From Paragordius varius (lineage: Eukaryota; Animalia; Nematomorpha), in NCBI GenBank assembly GCA_964247055.1, contig OZ176052.1, forward strand, positions 14,012,001 to 14,076,000: DNA of 64,000 nucleotides, written 5' to 3'. Under the pieces are notes generated by a model. That model saw only the letters and a program-made list of their open reading frames with translations. It had not been told where the DNA came from and ran no database searches. Shown piece after piece: positions 23,584 through 36,900 of this stretch; the stretch's first letter is position 1, and every line of letters starts with the position of its first letter. A program made the position numbers and the translations under genes.

Positions 23584-26500
23584 TCTCGACAATATTTGGG
23601 GTGATGATGGAACTACCATAGGGCTACCCAAAAAAAATTATGGCGACATCACCTGATCAAATTTGGATTTTAGGTAGCCATTTTTATTTTTAAAATCGTA
23701 TAAAATGAATTTTTTAAATATTAAAAAATTCAAAAAAATTACATTTATACTCCGATCTCGAAAATATTTGGGGTGATGATGGAACTACCATAGGGCTACC
23801 CAAAAAAAATTATGGCGACATCACCTGATCAAATTTGGATTTTAGGTAGCCATTTTTATTTTTAAAATCGTATAAAATAAATTTTTTAAATGTTTAAAAA
23901 ATTCATAAAAATTACATTTTTAGTCCGATCCCCAAAATATTTGGGGTGATGATGGAATTACCATAGGGCTACCCAAAAAAAATTATGGTGACATCACCTG
24001 ATCAAATTTGGATTTTAGGTAGCCATTTTTATTTTTAATATCGTATAAAATAAATTTTTTAAATATTTAAAAAATTCATAAAAATTACATTTATACTCCG
24101 ATCTCGACAATATTTGGGGTGATGATGGAACTACCATAGGGCTACCCAAAAAAAATTATAGTGACATCACCTGATCAAATTTGGATTTTAGGTAACCATT
24201 TTTATTTTTAATATCGTATAAAATAAATTTTTTAAATATTTAAAAATTCATAAAAATTACATTTATACTCCGATCTCGAAAATATTTGGGGTGATGATGG
24301 AATTACCATAGGGCTACCCAAAAAAATTATGGTGACATCACCTGATCAAATTTGGATTTTAGGTAGCCATTTTTATTTTTAATATCGTATAAAATAAATT
24401 TTTTAAATATTTAAAAAATTCATAAAAATTACATTTATACTCCGATCTCGACAATATTTGGGGTGATGATGGAACTACCATAGGGCTACCCAAAAAAAAT
24501 TATAGTGACATCACCTGATCAAATTTGGATTTTAGGTAGCCATTTTTATTTTTAAAATCGTATAAAATAAATTTTTTAAATATTTAAAAAATTCATAAAA
24601 ATTACATTTATAGTCCGATCCCCAAAATATTTGGGGTGATGATGGAACAACCATAGGGCTACGCAAAATAAATTATGGTGACATAACCTGATCAAATTTG
24701 GATTTTAGGTAGCCATTTTTATTTTTAATATCGTATAAAATAAATTTTTTAAATATTTAAAAATTCATAAAAATTACATTTATACTCCGATCTCGAAAAT
24801 ATTTGGGGTGATGATGGAACTACCATAGGGCTACCCAAAAAAAATTATGGCGACATCACCTGATCAAATTTGGATTTTAGGTAGCCATTTTTATTTTTAA
24901 AATCGTATAAAATAAATTTTTAAATATTTAAAAAATTCATAAAAATTACATTTATACTCCGATCTCGAAAATATTTGGGGTGATGATGGAACTACCATAG
25001 GGCTACCCAAAAAAAATTATAGTGACATCACCTGATCAAATTTGGATTTTAGGTAGCCATTTTTATTTTTAAAATCGTATAAAATAAATTTTTTAAATAT
25101 TTAAAAAATTCATAAAAATTACATTTATAGTCCGATCCCCAAAATATTTGGGGTGATGATGGAATTACCATAGGGCTACCCAAAAAAATTATGGTGACAT
25201 CACCTGATCAAATTTGGATTTTAGGTAGCCATTTTTATTTTTAATATCGTATAAAATAAATTTTTTAAATATTTAAAAAATTCATAAAAATTACATTTAT
25301 ACTCCGATCTCGACAATATTTGGGGTGATGATGGAACTACCATAGGGCTACCCAAAAAAAATTATAGTGACATCACCTGATCAAATTTGGATTTTAGGTA
25401 GCCATTTTTATTTTTAAAATCGTATAAAATAAATTTTTTAAATATTTAAAAAATTCATAAAAATTACATTTATAGTCCGATCCCCAAAATATTTGGGGTG
25501 ATGATGGAACAACCATAGGGCTACGCAAAATAAATTATGGTGACATCACCTGATCAAATTTGGATTTTGGTAGCCATTTTTATTTTTAATATCGTATAAA
25601 ATAAATTTTTTAAATATTTAAAAATTCATAAAAATTACATTTATACTCCGATCTCGAAAATATTTGGGGTGATGATGGAACTACCATAGGGCTACCCAAA
25701 AAAAATTATAGTGACATCACCTGATCAAATTTGGATTTTAGGTAGCCATTTTTATTTTTAAAATCGTATAAAATAAATTTTTTAAATATTTAAAAAATTC
25801 ATAAAAATTACATTTATACTCCGATCTCGACAATATTTGGGGTGATGATGGAACTACCATAGGGCTACCCAAAAAAAATTATGGCGACATCACCTGATCA
25901 AATTTGGATTTTAGGTAGCCATTTTTATTTTTAAAATCGTATAAAATAAATTTTTTAAATATTAAAAAATTCATAAAAATTACATTTATAGTCCGATCTC
26001 GAAAATATTTGGGGTGATGATGGAACTACTATAGGGCTACCCAAAAAAAATTATAGTGACATCACCTGATCAAATTTGGATTTTAGGTAGCCATTTTTAT
26101 TTTTAAAATCGTATAAAATAAATTTTTTAAATATTTAAAAAATTCATAAAAATTACATTTATAGTCCGATCTCGAAAATATTTGGGGTGATGATGGAACT
26201 ACCATAGGGCTACCCAAAAAAAATTATGGCGACATCACCTGATCAAATTTGGATTTTAGGTAGCCATTTTTATTTTTAAAATCGTATAAAATAAATTTTT
26301 TAAATGTTTAAAAAATTCATAAAAATTACATTTTTAGTCCGATCCCCAAAATATTTGGGGTGATGATGGAATTACCATAGGGCTACCCAAAAAAAATTAT
26401 GGTGACATCACCTGATCAAATTTGGATTTTAGGTAGCCATTTTTATTTTTAATATCGTATAAAATAAATTTTTTAAATATTTAAAAATTCATAAAAATTA

Positions 26501-29500
26501 CATTTATACTCCGATCTCGAAAATATTTGGGGTGATGATGGAACTACTATAGGGCTACCCAAAAAAAATTATAGTGACATCACCTGATCAAATTTGGATT
26601 TTAGGTAGCCATTTTTATTTTTAAAATCGTATAAAATAAATTTTTTAAATATTTAAAAAATTCATAAAAATTACATTTATACTCCGATCTCGACAATATT
26701 TGGGGTGATGATGGAACTACCATAGGGCTACCCAAAAAAAATTATAGTGACATCACCTGATCAAATTTGGATTTTAGGTAGCCATTTTTATTTTTAAAAT
26801 CGTATAAAATAAATTTTTTAAATATTTAAAAAATTCATAAAAATTACATTTATAGTCCGATCCCCAAAATATTTGGGGTGATGATGGAACAACCATAGGG
26901 CTACGCAAAAAAAATTATGGCGACATCACCTGATCAAATTTGGATTTTAGGTAGCCATTTTTATTTTTAAAATCGTATAAAATAAATTTTTTAAATATTT
27001 AAAAAATTCATAAAAATTACATTTATACTCCGATCTCGACAATATTTGGGGTGATGATGGAACTACCATAGGGCTACCCAAAAAAAATTATGGCGACATC
27101 ACCTGATCAAATTTGGATTTTAGGTAGCCATTTTTATTTTTAAAATCGTATAAAATAAATTTTTTAAATGTTTAAAAAATTCATAAAAATTACATTTTTA
27201 GTCCGATCCCCAAAATATTTGGGGTGATGATGGAATTACCATAGGGCTACCCAAAAAAAATTATGGTGACATCACCTGATCAAATTTGGATTTTAGGTAG
27301 CCATTTTTATTTTTAATATCGTATAAAATAAATTTTTTAAATATTTAAAAATTCATAAAAATTACATTTATACTCCGATCTCGAAAATATTTGGGGTGAT
27401 GATGGAACTACCATAGGGCTACCCAAAAAAAATTATAGTGACATCACCTGATCAAATTTGGATTTTAGGTAGCCATTTTTATTTTTAAAATCGTATAAAA
27501 TAAATTTTTTAAATATTTAAAAAATTCATAAAAATTACATTTATACTCCGATCTCGACAATATTTGGGGTGATGATGGAACTACCATAGGGCTACCCAAA
27601 AAAAATTATAGTGACATCACCTGATCAAATTTGGATTTTAGGTAGCCATTTTTATTTTTAAAATCGTATAAAATAAATTTTTTAAATATTTAAAAAATTC
27701 ATAAAAATTACATTTATAGTCCGATCCCCAAAATATTTGGGGTGATGATGGAACAACCATAGGGCTACGCAAAAAAAATTATGGCGACATCACCTGATCA
27801 AATTTGGATTTTAGGTAGCCATTTTTATTTTTAAAATCGTATAAAATAAATTTTTTAAATATTTAAAAAATTCATAAAAATTACATTTATACTCCGATCT
27901 CGACAATATTTGGGGTGATGATGGAACTACCATAGGGCTACCCAAAAAAAATTATAGTGACATCACCTGATCAAATTTGGATTTTAGGTAGCCATTTTTA
28001 TTTTTAAAATCGTATAAAATAAATTTTTTAAATATTTAAAAAATTCATAAAAATTACATTTATAGTCCGATCCCCAAAATATTTGGGGTGATGATGGAAC
28101 AACCATAGGGCTACGCAAAATAAATTATGGCGACATCACCTGATCAAATTTGGATTTTAGGTAGCCATTTTTATTTTTAAAATCGTATAAAATAAATTTT
28201 TTAAATATTTAAAAAATTCAAAAAAATTACATTTATACTCCGATCTCGAAAATATTTGGGGTGATGATGGAACTACCATAGGGCTACCCAAAAAAAATTA
28301 TGGCGACATCACCTTATCAAATTTGGATTTTAGGTAGCCATTTTTATTTTTAAAATCGTATAAAATAAATTTTTTAAATGTTTAAAAAATTCATAAAAAT
28401 TACATTTTTAGTCCGATCCCCAAAATATTTGGGGTGATGATGGAATTACCATAGGGCTACCCAAAAAAAATTATGGTGACATCACCTGATCAAATTTGGA
28501 TTTTAGGTAGCCATTTTTATTTTTAATATCGTATAAAATAAATTTTTTAAATATTTAAAAATTCATAAAAATTACATTTATACTCCGATCTCGAAAATAT
28601 TTGGGCTGATGATGGAACTACCATAGGGCTACCCAAAAAAAATTATAGTGACATCACCTGATCAAATTTGGATTTTAGGTAGCCATTTTTATTTTTAAAA
28701 TCGTATAAAATAAATTTTTTAAATATTTAAAAAATTCATAAAAATTACATTTATACTCCGATCTCGACAATATTTGGGGTGATGATGGAACTACCATAGG
28801 GCTACCCAAAAAAAATTATAGTGACATCACCTGATCAAATTTGGATTTTAGGTAGCCATTTTTATTTTTAAAATCGTATAAAATAAATTTTTTAAATATT
28901 TAAAAAATTCATAAAAATTACATTTATAGTCCGATCCCCAAAATATTTGGGGTGATGATGGAACAACCATAGGGCTACGCAAAATAAATTATGGCGACAT
29001 CACCTGATCAAATTTGGATTTTAGGTAGCCATTTTTATTTTTAAAATCGTATAAAATAAATTTTTTAAATATTTAAAAAATTCAAAAAAATTACATTTAT
29101 ACTCCGATCTCGAAAATATTTGGGGTGATGATGGAACTACCATAGGGCTACCCAAAAAAAATTATGGCGACATCACCTGATCAAATTTGGATTTTAGGTA
29201 GCCATTTTTATTTTTAAAATCGTATAAAATAAATTTTTTAAATGTTTAAAAAATTCATAAAAATTACATTTTTAGTCCGATCCCCAAAATATTTGGGGTG
29301 ATGATGGAACAACCATAGGACGCAAAAAAAATTATGGCGACATCACCTGATCAAATTTGGATTTTAGGTAGCCATTTTTATTTTTAAAATCGTATAAAAT
29401 AAATTTTTTAAATATTTAAAAAATTCATAAAAATTACATTTATACTCCGATCTCGACAATACTTGGGGTGATGATGGAACTACCATAGGGCTACCCAAAA

Positions 29501-30946
29501 AAAATTATAGTGACATCACCTGATCAAATTTGGATTTTAGGTAGCCATTTTTATTTTTAAAATCGTATAAAATAAATTTTTTAAATATTTAAAAAATTCA
29601 TAAAAATTACATTTATAGTCCGATCCCCAAAATATTTGGGGTGATGATGGAACAACCATAGGGCTACGCAAAATAAATTATGGCGACATCACCTGATCAA
29701 ATTTGGATTTTAGGTAGCCATTTTTATTTTTAAAATCGTATAAAATAAATTTTTTAAATATTTAAAAAATTCAAAAAAATTACATTTATACTCCGATCTC
29801 GAAAATATTTGGGGTGATGATGGAACTACCATAGGGCTACCCAAAAAAAATTATGGCGACATCACCTGATCAAATTTGAATTTTAGGTAGCCATTTTTAT
29901 TTTTAAAATCGTATAAAATAAATTTTTTAAATGTTTAAAAAATTCATAAAAATTACATTTTTAGTCCGATCCCCAAAATATTTGGGGTGATGATGGAATT
30001 ACCATAGGGCTACCCAAAAAAAATTATGGTGACATCGCCTGATCAAATTTGGATTTTAGGTAGCCATTTTTATTTTTAATATCGTATAAAATAAATTTTT
30101 TAAATATTTAAAAATTCATAAAAATTACATTTATACTCCGATCTCGAAAATATTTGGGGTGATGATGGAACTACCATAGGGCTACCCAAAAAAAATTATA
30201 GTGACATCACCTGATCAAATTTGGATTTTAGGTAGCCATTTTTATTTTTAAAATCGTATAAAATAAATTTTTTAAATATTTAAAAAATTCATAAAAATTA
30301 CATTTATACTCCGATCTCGACAATATTTGGGGTGATGATGGAACTACCATAGGGCTACCCAAAAAAAATTATAGTGACATCACCTGATCAAATTTGGATT
30401 TTAGGTAGCCATTTTTATTTTTAAAATCGTATAAAATAAATTTTTTAAATATTTAAAAAATTCATAAAAATTACATTTATAGTCCGATCCCCAAAATATT
30501 TGGGGTGATGATGGAACAACCATAGGGCTACGCAAAAAAAATTATGGCGACATCACCTGATCAAATTTGGATTTTAGGTAGCCATTTTTATTTTTAAAAT
30601 CGTATAAAATAAATTTTTTAAATATTTAAAAAATTCATAAAAATTACATTTATACTCCGATCTCGACAATACTTGGGGTGATGATGGAACTACCATAGGG
30701 CTACCCAAAAAAAATTATAGTGACATCACCTGATCAAATTTGGATTTTAGGTAGCCATTTTTATTTTTAAAATCGTATAAAATAAATTTTTTAAATATTT
30801 AAAAAATTCATAAAAATTACATTTATAGTCCGATCCCCAAAATATTTGGGGTGATGATGGAACAACCATAGGGCTACCCAAAAAAAATTATGGTGACATC
30901 ACCTGATCAAATTTGGATTTTAGGTAGCCATTTTTATTTTTAAAAT
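23584..30946 (+). repeat. Subfamily-A HOR zone with 5-, 6- and 7-monomer variants of the A-B-C-D-E-D-F unit
   Basis: A, B, C, D, E and F monomer types return after the junction. The private AATACTTGG variant recurs at 29461 and 30671 (1210 bp, i.e. 7 monomers). Confidence 0.8.
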
Positions 30947-33900
30947 CGTATAAAATAAATTTTTTAAATATTTAAAAATTCATAAAAATTACATTTATAC
31001 TCCGATCTCGAAAATATTTGGGGTGATGATGGAACAACCATAGGGCTACGCAAAATAAATTATGGCGACATCACCTGATCAAATTTGGATTTTAGGTAGC
31101 CATTTTTATTTTTAAAATCGTATAAAATAAATTTTTTAAATATTTAAAAAATTCAAAAAAATTACATTTATACTCCGATCTCGAAAATATTTGGGGTGAT
31201 GATGGAACTACCATAGGGCTACCCAAAAAAAATTATAGTGACATCACCTGATCAAATTTGGATTTTAGGTAGCCATTTTTATTTTTAAAATCGTATAAAA
31301 TAAATTTTTTAAATATTTAAAAAATTCATAAAAATTACATTTTTAGTCCGATCCCCAAAATATTTGGGGTGATGATGGAACTACCATAGGGCTACCCAAA
31401 AAAAATTATAGTGACATCACCTGATCAAATATATATTTTAGGTAGCCATTTTTATTTTTAAAATCGTATAAAATAAATTTTTTAAATATTTAAAAAATTC
31501 ATAAAAATTACATTTATACTCCGATCTCGACAATATTTGGGGTGATGATGGAACTACCATAGGGCTACCCAAAAAAAATTATAGTGACATCACCTGATCA
31601 AATTTGGATTTTAGGTAGCCATTTTTATTTTTAAAATCGTATAAAATAAATTTTTTAAATATTTAAAAAATTCATAAAAATTACATTTATACTCCGATCT
31701 CGACAATATTTGGGGTGATGATGGAACTACCATAGGGCTACCCACAAAAAATTATAGTGACATCACCTGATCAAATTTGGATTTTAGGTAGCCATTTTTA
31801 TTTTTAAAATCGTATAAAATAAATTTTTTAAATATTTAAAAAATTCATAAAAATTACATTTATAGTCCGATCCCCAAAATATTTGGGGTGATGATGGAAC
31901 AACCATAGGGCTACGCAAAATAAATTATGGCGACATCACCTGATCAAATTTGGATTTTAGGTAGCCATTTTTATTTTTAAAATCGTATAAAATAAATTTT
32001 TTAAATATTTAAAAAATTCAAAAAAATTACATTTATACTCCGATCTCGAAAATATTTGGGGTGATGATGGAACTACCATAGGGCTACCCAAAAAAAATTA
32101 TGGCGACATCACCTGATCAAATTTGGATTTTAGGTAGCCATTTTTATTTTTAAAATCGTATAAAATAAATTTTTTAAATATTTAAAAAATTCAAAAAAAT
32201 TACATTTATACTCCGATCTCGAAAATATTTGGGGTGATGATGGAACTACCATAGGGCTACCCAAAAAAAATTATAGTGACATCACCTGATCAAATTTGGA
32301 TTTTAGGTAGCCATTTTTATTTTTAAAATCGTATAAAATAAATTTTTTAAATATTTAAAAAATTCATAAAAATTACATTTTTAGTCCGATCCCCAAAATA
32401 TTTGGGGTGATGATGGAACTACCATAGGGCTACCCAAAAAAAATTATAGTGACATCACCTGATCAAATATATATTTTAGGTAGCCATTTTTATTTTTAAA
32501 ATCGTATAAAATAAATTTTTTAAATATTTAAAAAATTCATAAAAATTACATTTATACTCCGATCTCGACAATATTTGGGGTGATGATGGAACTACCATAG
32601 GGCTACCCAAAAAAAATTATAGTGACATCACCTGATCAAATTTGGATTTTAGGTAGCCATTTTTATTTTTAAAATCGTATAAAATAAATTTTTTAAATAT
32701 TTAAAAAATTCATAAAAATTACATTTATACTCCGTTCTCGACAATATTTGGGGTGATGATGGAACTACCATAGGGCTACCCACAAAAAATTATAGTGACA
32801 TCACCTGATCAAATTTGGATTTTAGGTAGCCATTTTTATTTTTAAAATCGTATAAAATAAATTTTTTAAATATTTAAAAAATTCATAAAAATTACATTTA
32901 TAGTCCGATCCCCAAAATATTTGGGGTGATGATGGAACAACCATAGGGCTACGCAAAATAAATTATGGCGACATCACCTGATCAAATTTGGATTTTAGGT
33001 AGCCATTTTTATTTTTAAAATCGTATAAAATAAATTTTTTAAATATTTAAAAAATTCAAAAAAATTACATTTATACTCCGATCTCGAAAATATTTGGGGT
33101 GATGATGGAACTACCATAGGGCTACCCAAAAAAAATTATGGCGACATCACCTGATCAAATTTGGATTTTAGGTAGCCATTTTTATTTTTAAAATCGTATA
33201 AAATAAATTTTTTAAATGTTTAAAAAATTCATAAAAATTACATTTTTAGTCCGATCCCCAAAATATTTGGGGTGATGATGGAATTACCATAGGGCTACCC
33301 AAAAAAAATTATGGTGACATCACCTGATCAAATTTGGATTTTAGGTAGCCATTTTTATTTTTAATATCGTATAAAATAAATTTTTTAAATATTTAAAAAT
33401 TCATAAAAATTACATTTATACTCCGATCTCGAAAATATTTGGGGTGATGATGGAACTACCATAGGGCTACCCCAAAAAAATTATAGTGACATCACCTGAT
33501 CATATTTGGATTTTAGGTAGCCATTTTTATTTTTAAAATCGTATAAAATAAATTTTTTAAATATTTAAAAAATTCAAAAAAATTACATTTATACTCCGAT
33601 CTCGAAAATATTTGGGGTGATGATAGAACTACCATAGGGCTACCCAAAAAAAATTATGGCGACATCACCTGATCAAATTTGGATTTTAGGTAGCCATTTT
33701 TATTTTTAAAATCGTATAAAATAAATTTTTTAAATGTTTAAAAAATTCATAAAAATTACATTTTTAGTCCGATCCCCAAAATATTTGGGGTGATGATGGA
33801 ATTACCATAGGGCTACCCAAAAAAAATTATGGTGACATCACCTGATCAAATTTGGATTTTAGGTAGCCATTTTTATTTTTAATATCGTATAAAATAAATT

Positions 33901-36900
33901 TTTTAAATATTTAAAAATTCATAAAAATTACATTTATACTCCGATCTCGAAAATATTTGGGGTGATGATGGAACTACCATAGGGTTACCCAAAAAAAATT
34001 ATAGTGACATCACCTGATCAAATTTGGATTTTAGGTAGCCATTTTTATTTTTAAAATCGTATAAAATAAATTTTTTAAATATTTAAAAAATTCATAAAAA
34101 TTACATTTATACTCCGATCTCGACAATATTTGGGGTGATGATGGAACTACCATAGGGCTACCCCAAAAAAATTATAGTGACATCACCTGATCAAATTTGG
34201 ATTTTAGGTAGCCATTTTTATTTTTAAAATCGTATAAAATAAATTTTTTAAATATTTAAAAAATTCATAAAAATTACATTTATAGTCCGATCCCCAAAAT
34301 ATTTGGGGTGATGATGGAACAACCATAGGGCTACGCAAAATAAATTATGGCGACATCACCTGATCAAATTTGGATTTTAGGTAGCCATTTTTATTTTTAA
34401 AATCGTATAAAATAAATTTTTTAAATATTTAAAAAATTCAAAAAAATTACATTTATACTCCGATCTCGAAAATATTTGGGGTGATGATGGAACTACCATA
34501 GGGCTACCCAAAAAAAATTATGGCGACATCACCTGATCAAATTTGGATTTTAGGTAGCCATATTTATTTTTAAAATCGTATAAAATAAATTTTTTAAATA
34601 TTTAAAAAATTCATAAAAATTACATTTATACTCCGATCTCGACAATATTTGGGGTGATGATGGAACTACCATAGGGCTACCCAAAAAAAATTATAGTGAC
34701 ATCACCTGATCAAATTTGGATTTTAGGTAGCCATTTTTATTTTTAATATCGTATAAAATAAATTTTTTAAATATTTAAAAATTCATAAAAATTACATTTA
34801 TACTCCGATCTCGAAAATATTTGGGGTGATGATGGAACTACCATAGGGCTACCCCAAAAAAATTATAGTGACATCACCTGATCAAATTTGGATTTTAGGT
34901 AGCCATTTTTATTTTTAAAATCGTATAAAATAAATTTTTTAAATATTTAAAAAATTCATAAAAATTACATTTATACTCCGATCTCGACAATATTTGGGGT
35001 GATGATGGAACTACCATAGGGCTACCCCAAAAAAAATATAGTGACATCACCTGATCAAATTTGGATTTTAGGTAGCCATTTTTATTTTTAAAATCGTATA
35101 AAATAAATTTTTTAATTATTTAAAAAATTCATAAAAATTACATTTATAGTCCGATCCCCAAAATATTTGGGGTGATGATGGAACTACCATAGGGCTACCC
35201 AAAAAAAATTATAGTGACATCACCTGATCAAATATATATTTTAGGTAGCCATTTTTATTTTTAAAATCGTATAAAATAAATTTTTTAAATATTTAAAAAA
35301 TTCATAAAAATTACATTTATAGTCCGATCCCCAAAATATTTGGGGTGATGATGGAACAACCATAGGGCTACGCAAAAAAAATTATGGCGACATCACCTGA
35401 TCAAATTTGGATTTTAGGTAGCCATTTTTATTTTTAAAATCGTATAAAATAAATTTTTTTAATATTTAAAAAATTCATAAAAATTACATTTATACTCCGA
35501 TCTCGACAATATTTGGGGTGATGATGGAACTACCATAGGGCTACCCAAAAAAAATTATAGTGACATCACCTGATCAAATTTGGATTTTAGGTAGCCATTT
35601 TTATTTTTAAAATCGTATAAAATAAATTTTTTAAATATTTAAAAAATTCATAAAAATTACATTTATACTCCGATCTCGACAATATTTGGGGTGATGATGG
35701 AACTACCATAGGGCTACCCCAAAAAAATTATAGTGACATCACATGATCAAATTTGGATTTTAGGTAGCCATTTTTATTTTTAAAATCGTATAAAATAAAT
35801 TTTTTAAATATTTAAAAAATTCATAAAAATTACATTTATAGTCCGATCCCCAAAATATTTGGGGTGATGATGGAACAACCATAGGGCTACGCAAAATAAA
35901 TTATGGCGACATCACCTGATCAAATTTGGATTTTAGGTAGCCATTTTTATTTTTAAAATCGTATAAAATAAATTTTTTAAATATTTAAAAAATTCAAAAA
36001 AATTACATTTATACTCCGATCTCGAAAATATTTGGGGTGATGATGGAACTACCATAGGGCTACCCAAAAAAAATTATGGCGACATCACCTGATCAAATTT
36101 GGATTTTAGGTAGCCATTTTTATTTTTAAAATCGTATAAAATAAATTTTTTAAATATTTAAAAATTCATAAAAATTACATTTATACTCCGATCTCGAAAA
36201 TATTTGGGGTGATGATGGAACTACCATAGGGCTACCCAAAAAAAATTATAGTGACATCACCTGATCAAATTTGGATTTTAGGTAGACATTTTTATTTTTA
36301 AAATCGTATAAAATAAATTTTTTAAATATTTAAAAAATTCATAAAAATTACATTTATAGTCCGATCCCCAAAATATTTGGGGTGATGATGGAATTACCAT
36401 AGGGCTACCCCAAAAAAATTATGGTGACATCACCTGATCAAATTTGGATTTTAGGTAGCCATTTTTATTTTTAAAATCGTATAAAATAAATTTTTTAAAT
36501 ATTTAAAAAATTCAAAAAAATTACATTTATACTCCGATCTCGAAAATATTTGGGGTGATGATGGAACTACCATAGGGCTACCCAAAAAAAATTATGGCGA
36601 CATCACCTGATCAAATTTGGATTTTAGGTAGCCATTTTTATTTTTAAAATCGTATAAAATAAATTTTTTAAATATTTAAAAAATTCATAAAAATTACATT
36701 TATAGTCCGATCCCCAAAATATTTGGGGTGATGATGGAACAACCATAGGGCTACGCAAAAAAATTATGGCGACATCACCTGATCAAATTTGGATTTTAGG
36801 TGGCCATTTTTATTTTTAATATCGTATAAAATAAATTTTTTAAATATTTAAAAAATTCATAAAAATTACATTTATACTCCGATCTCGACAATATTTGGGG

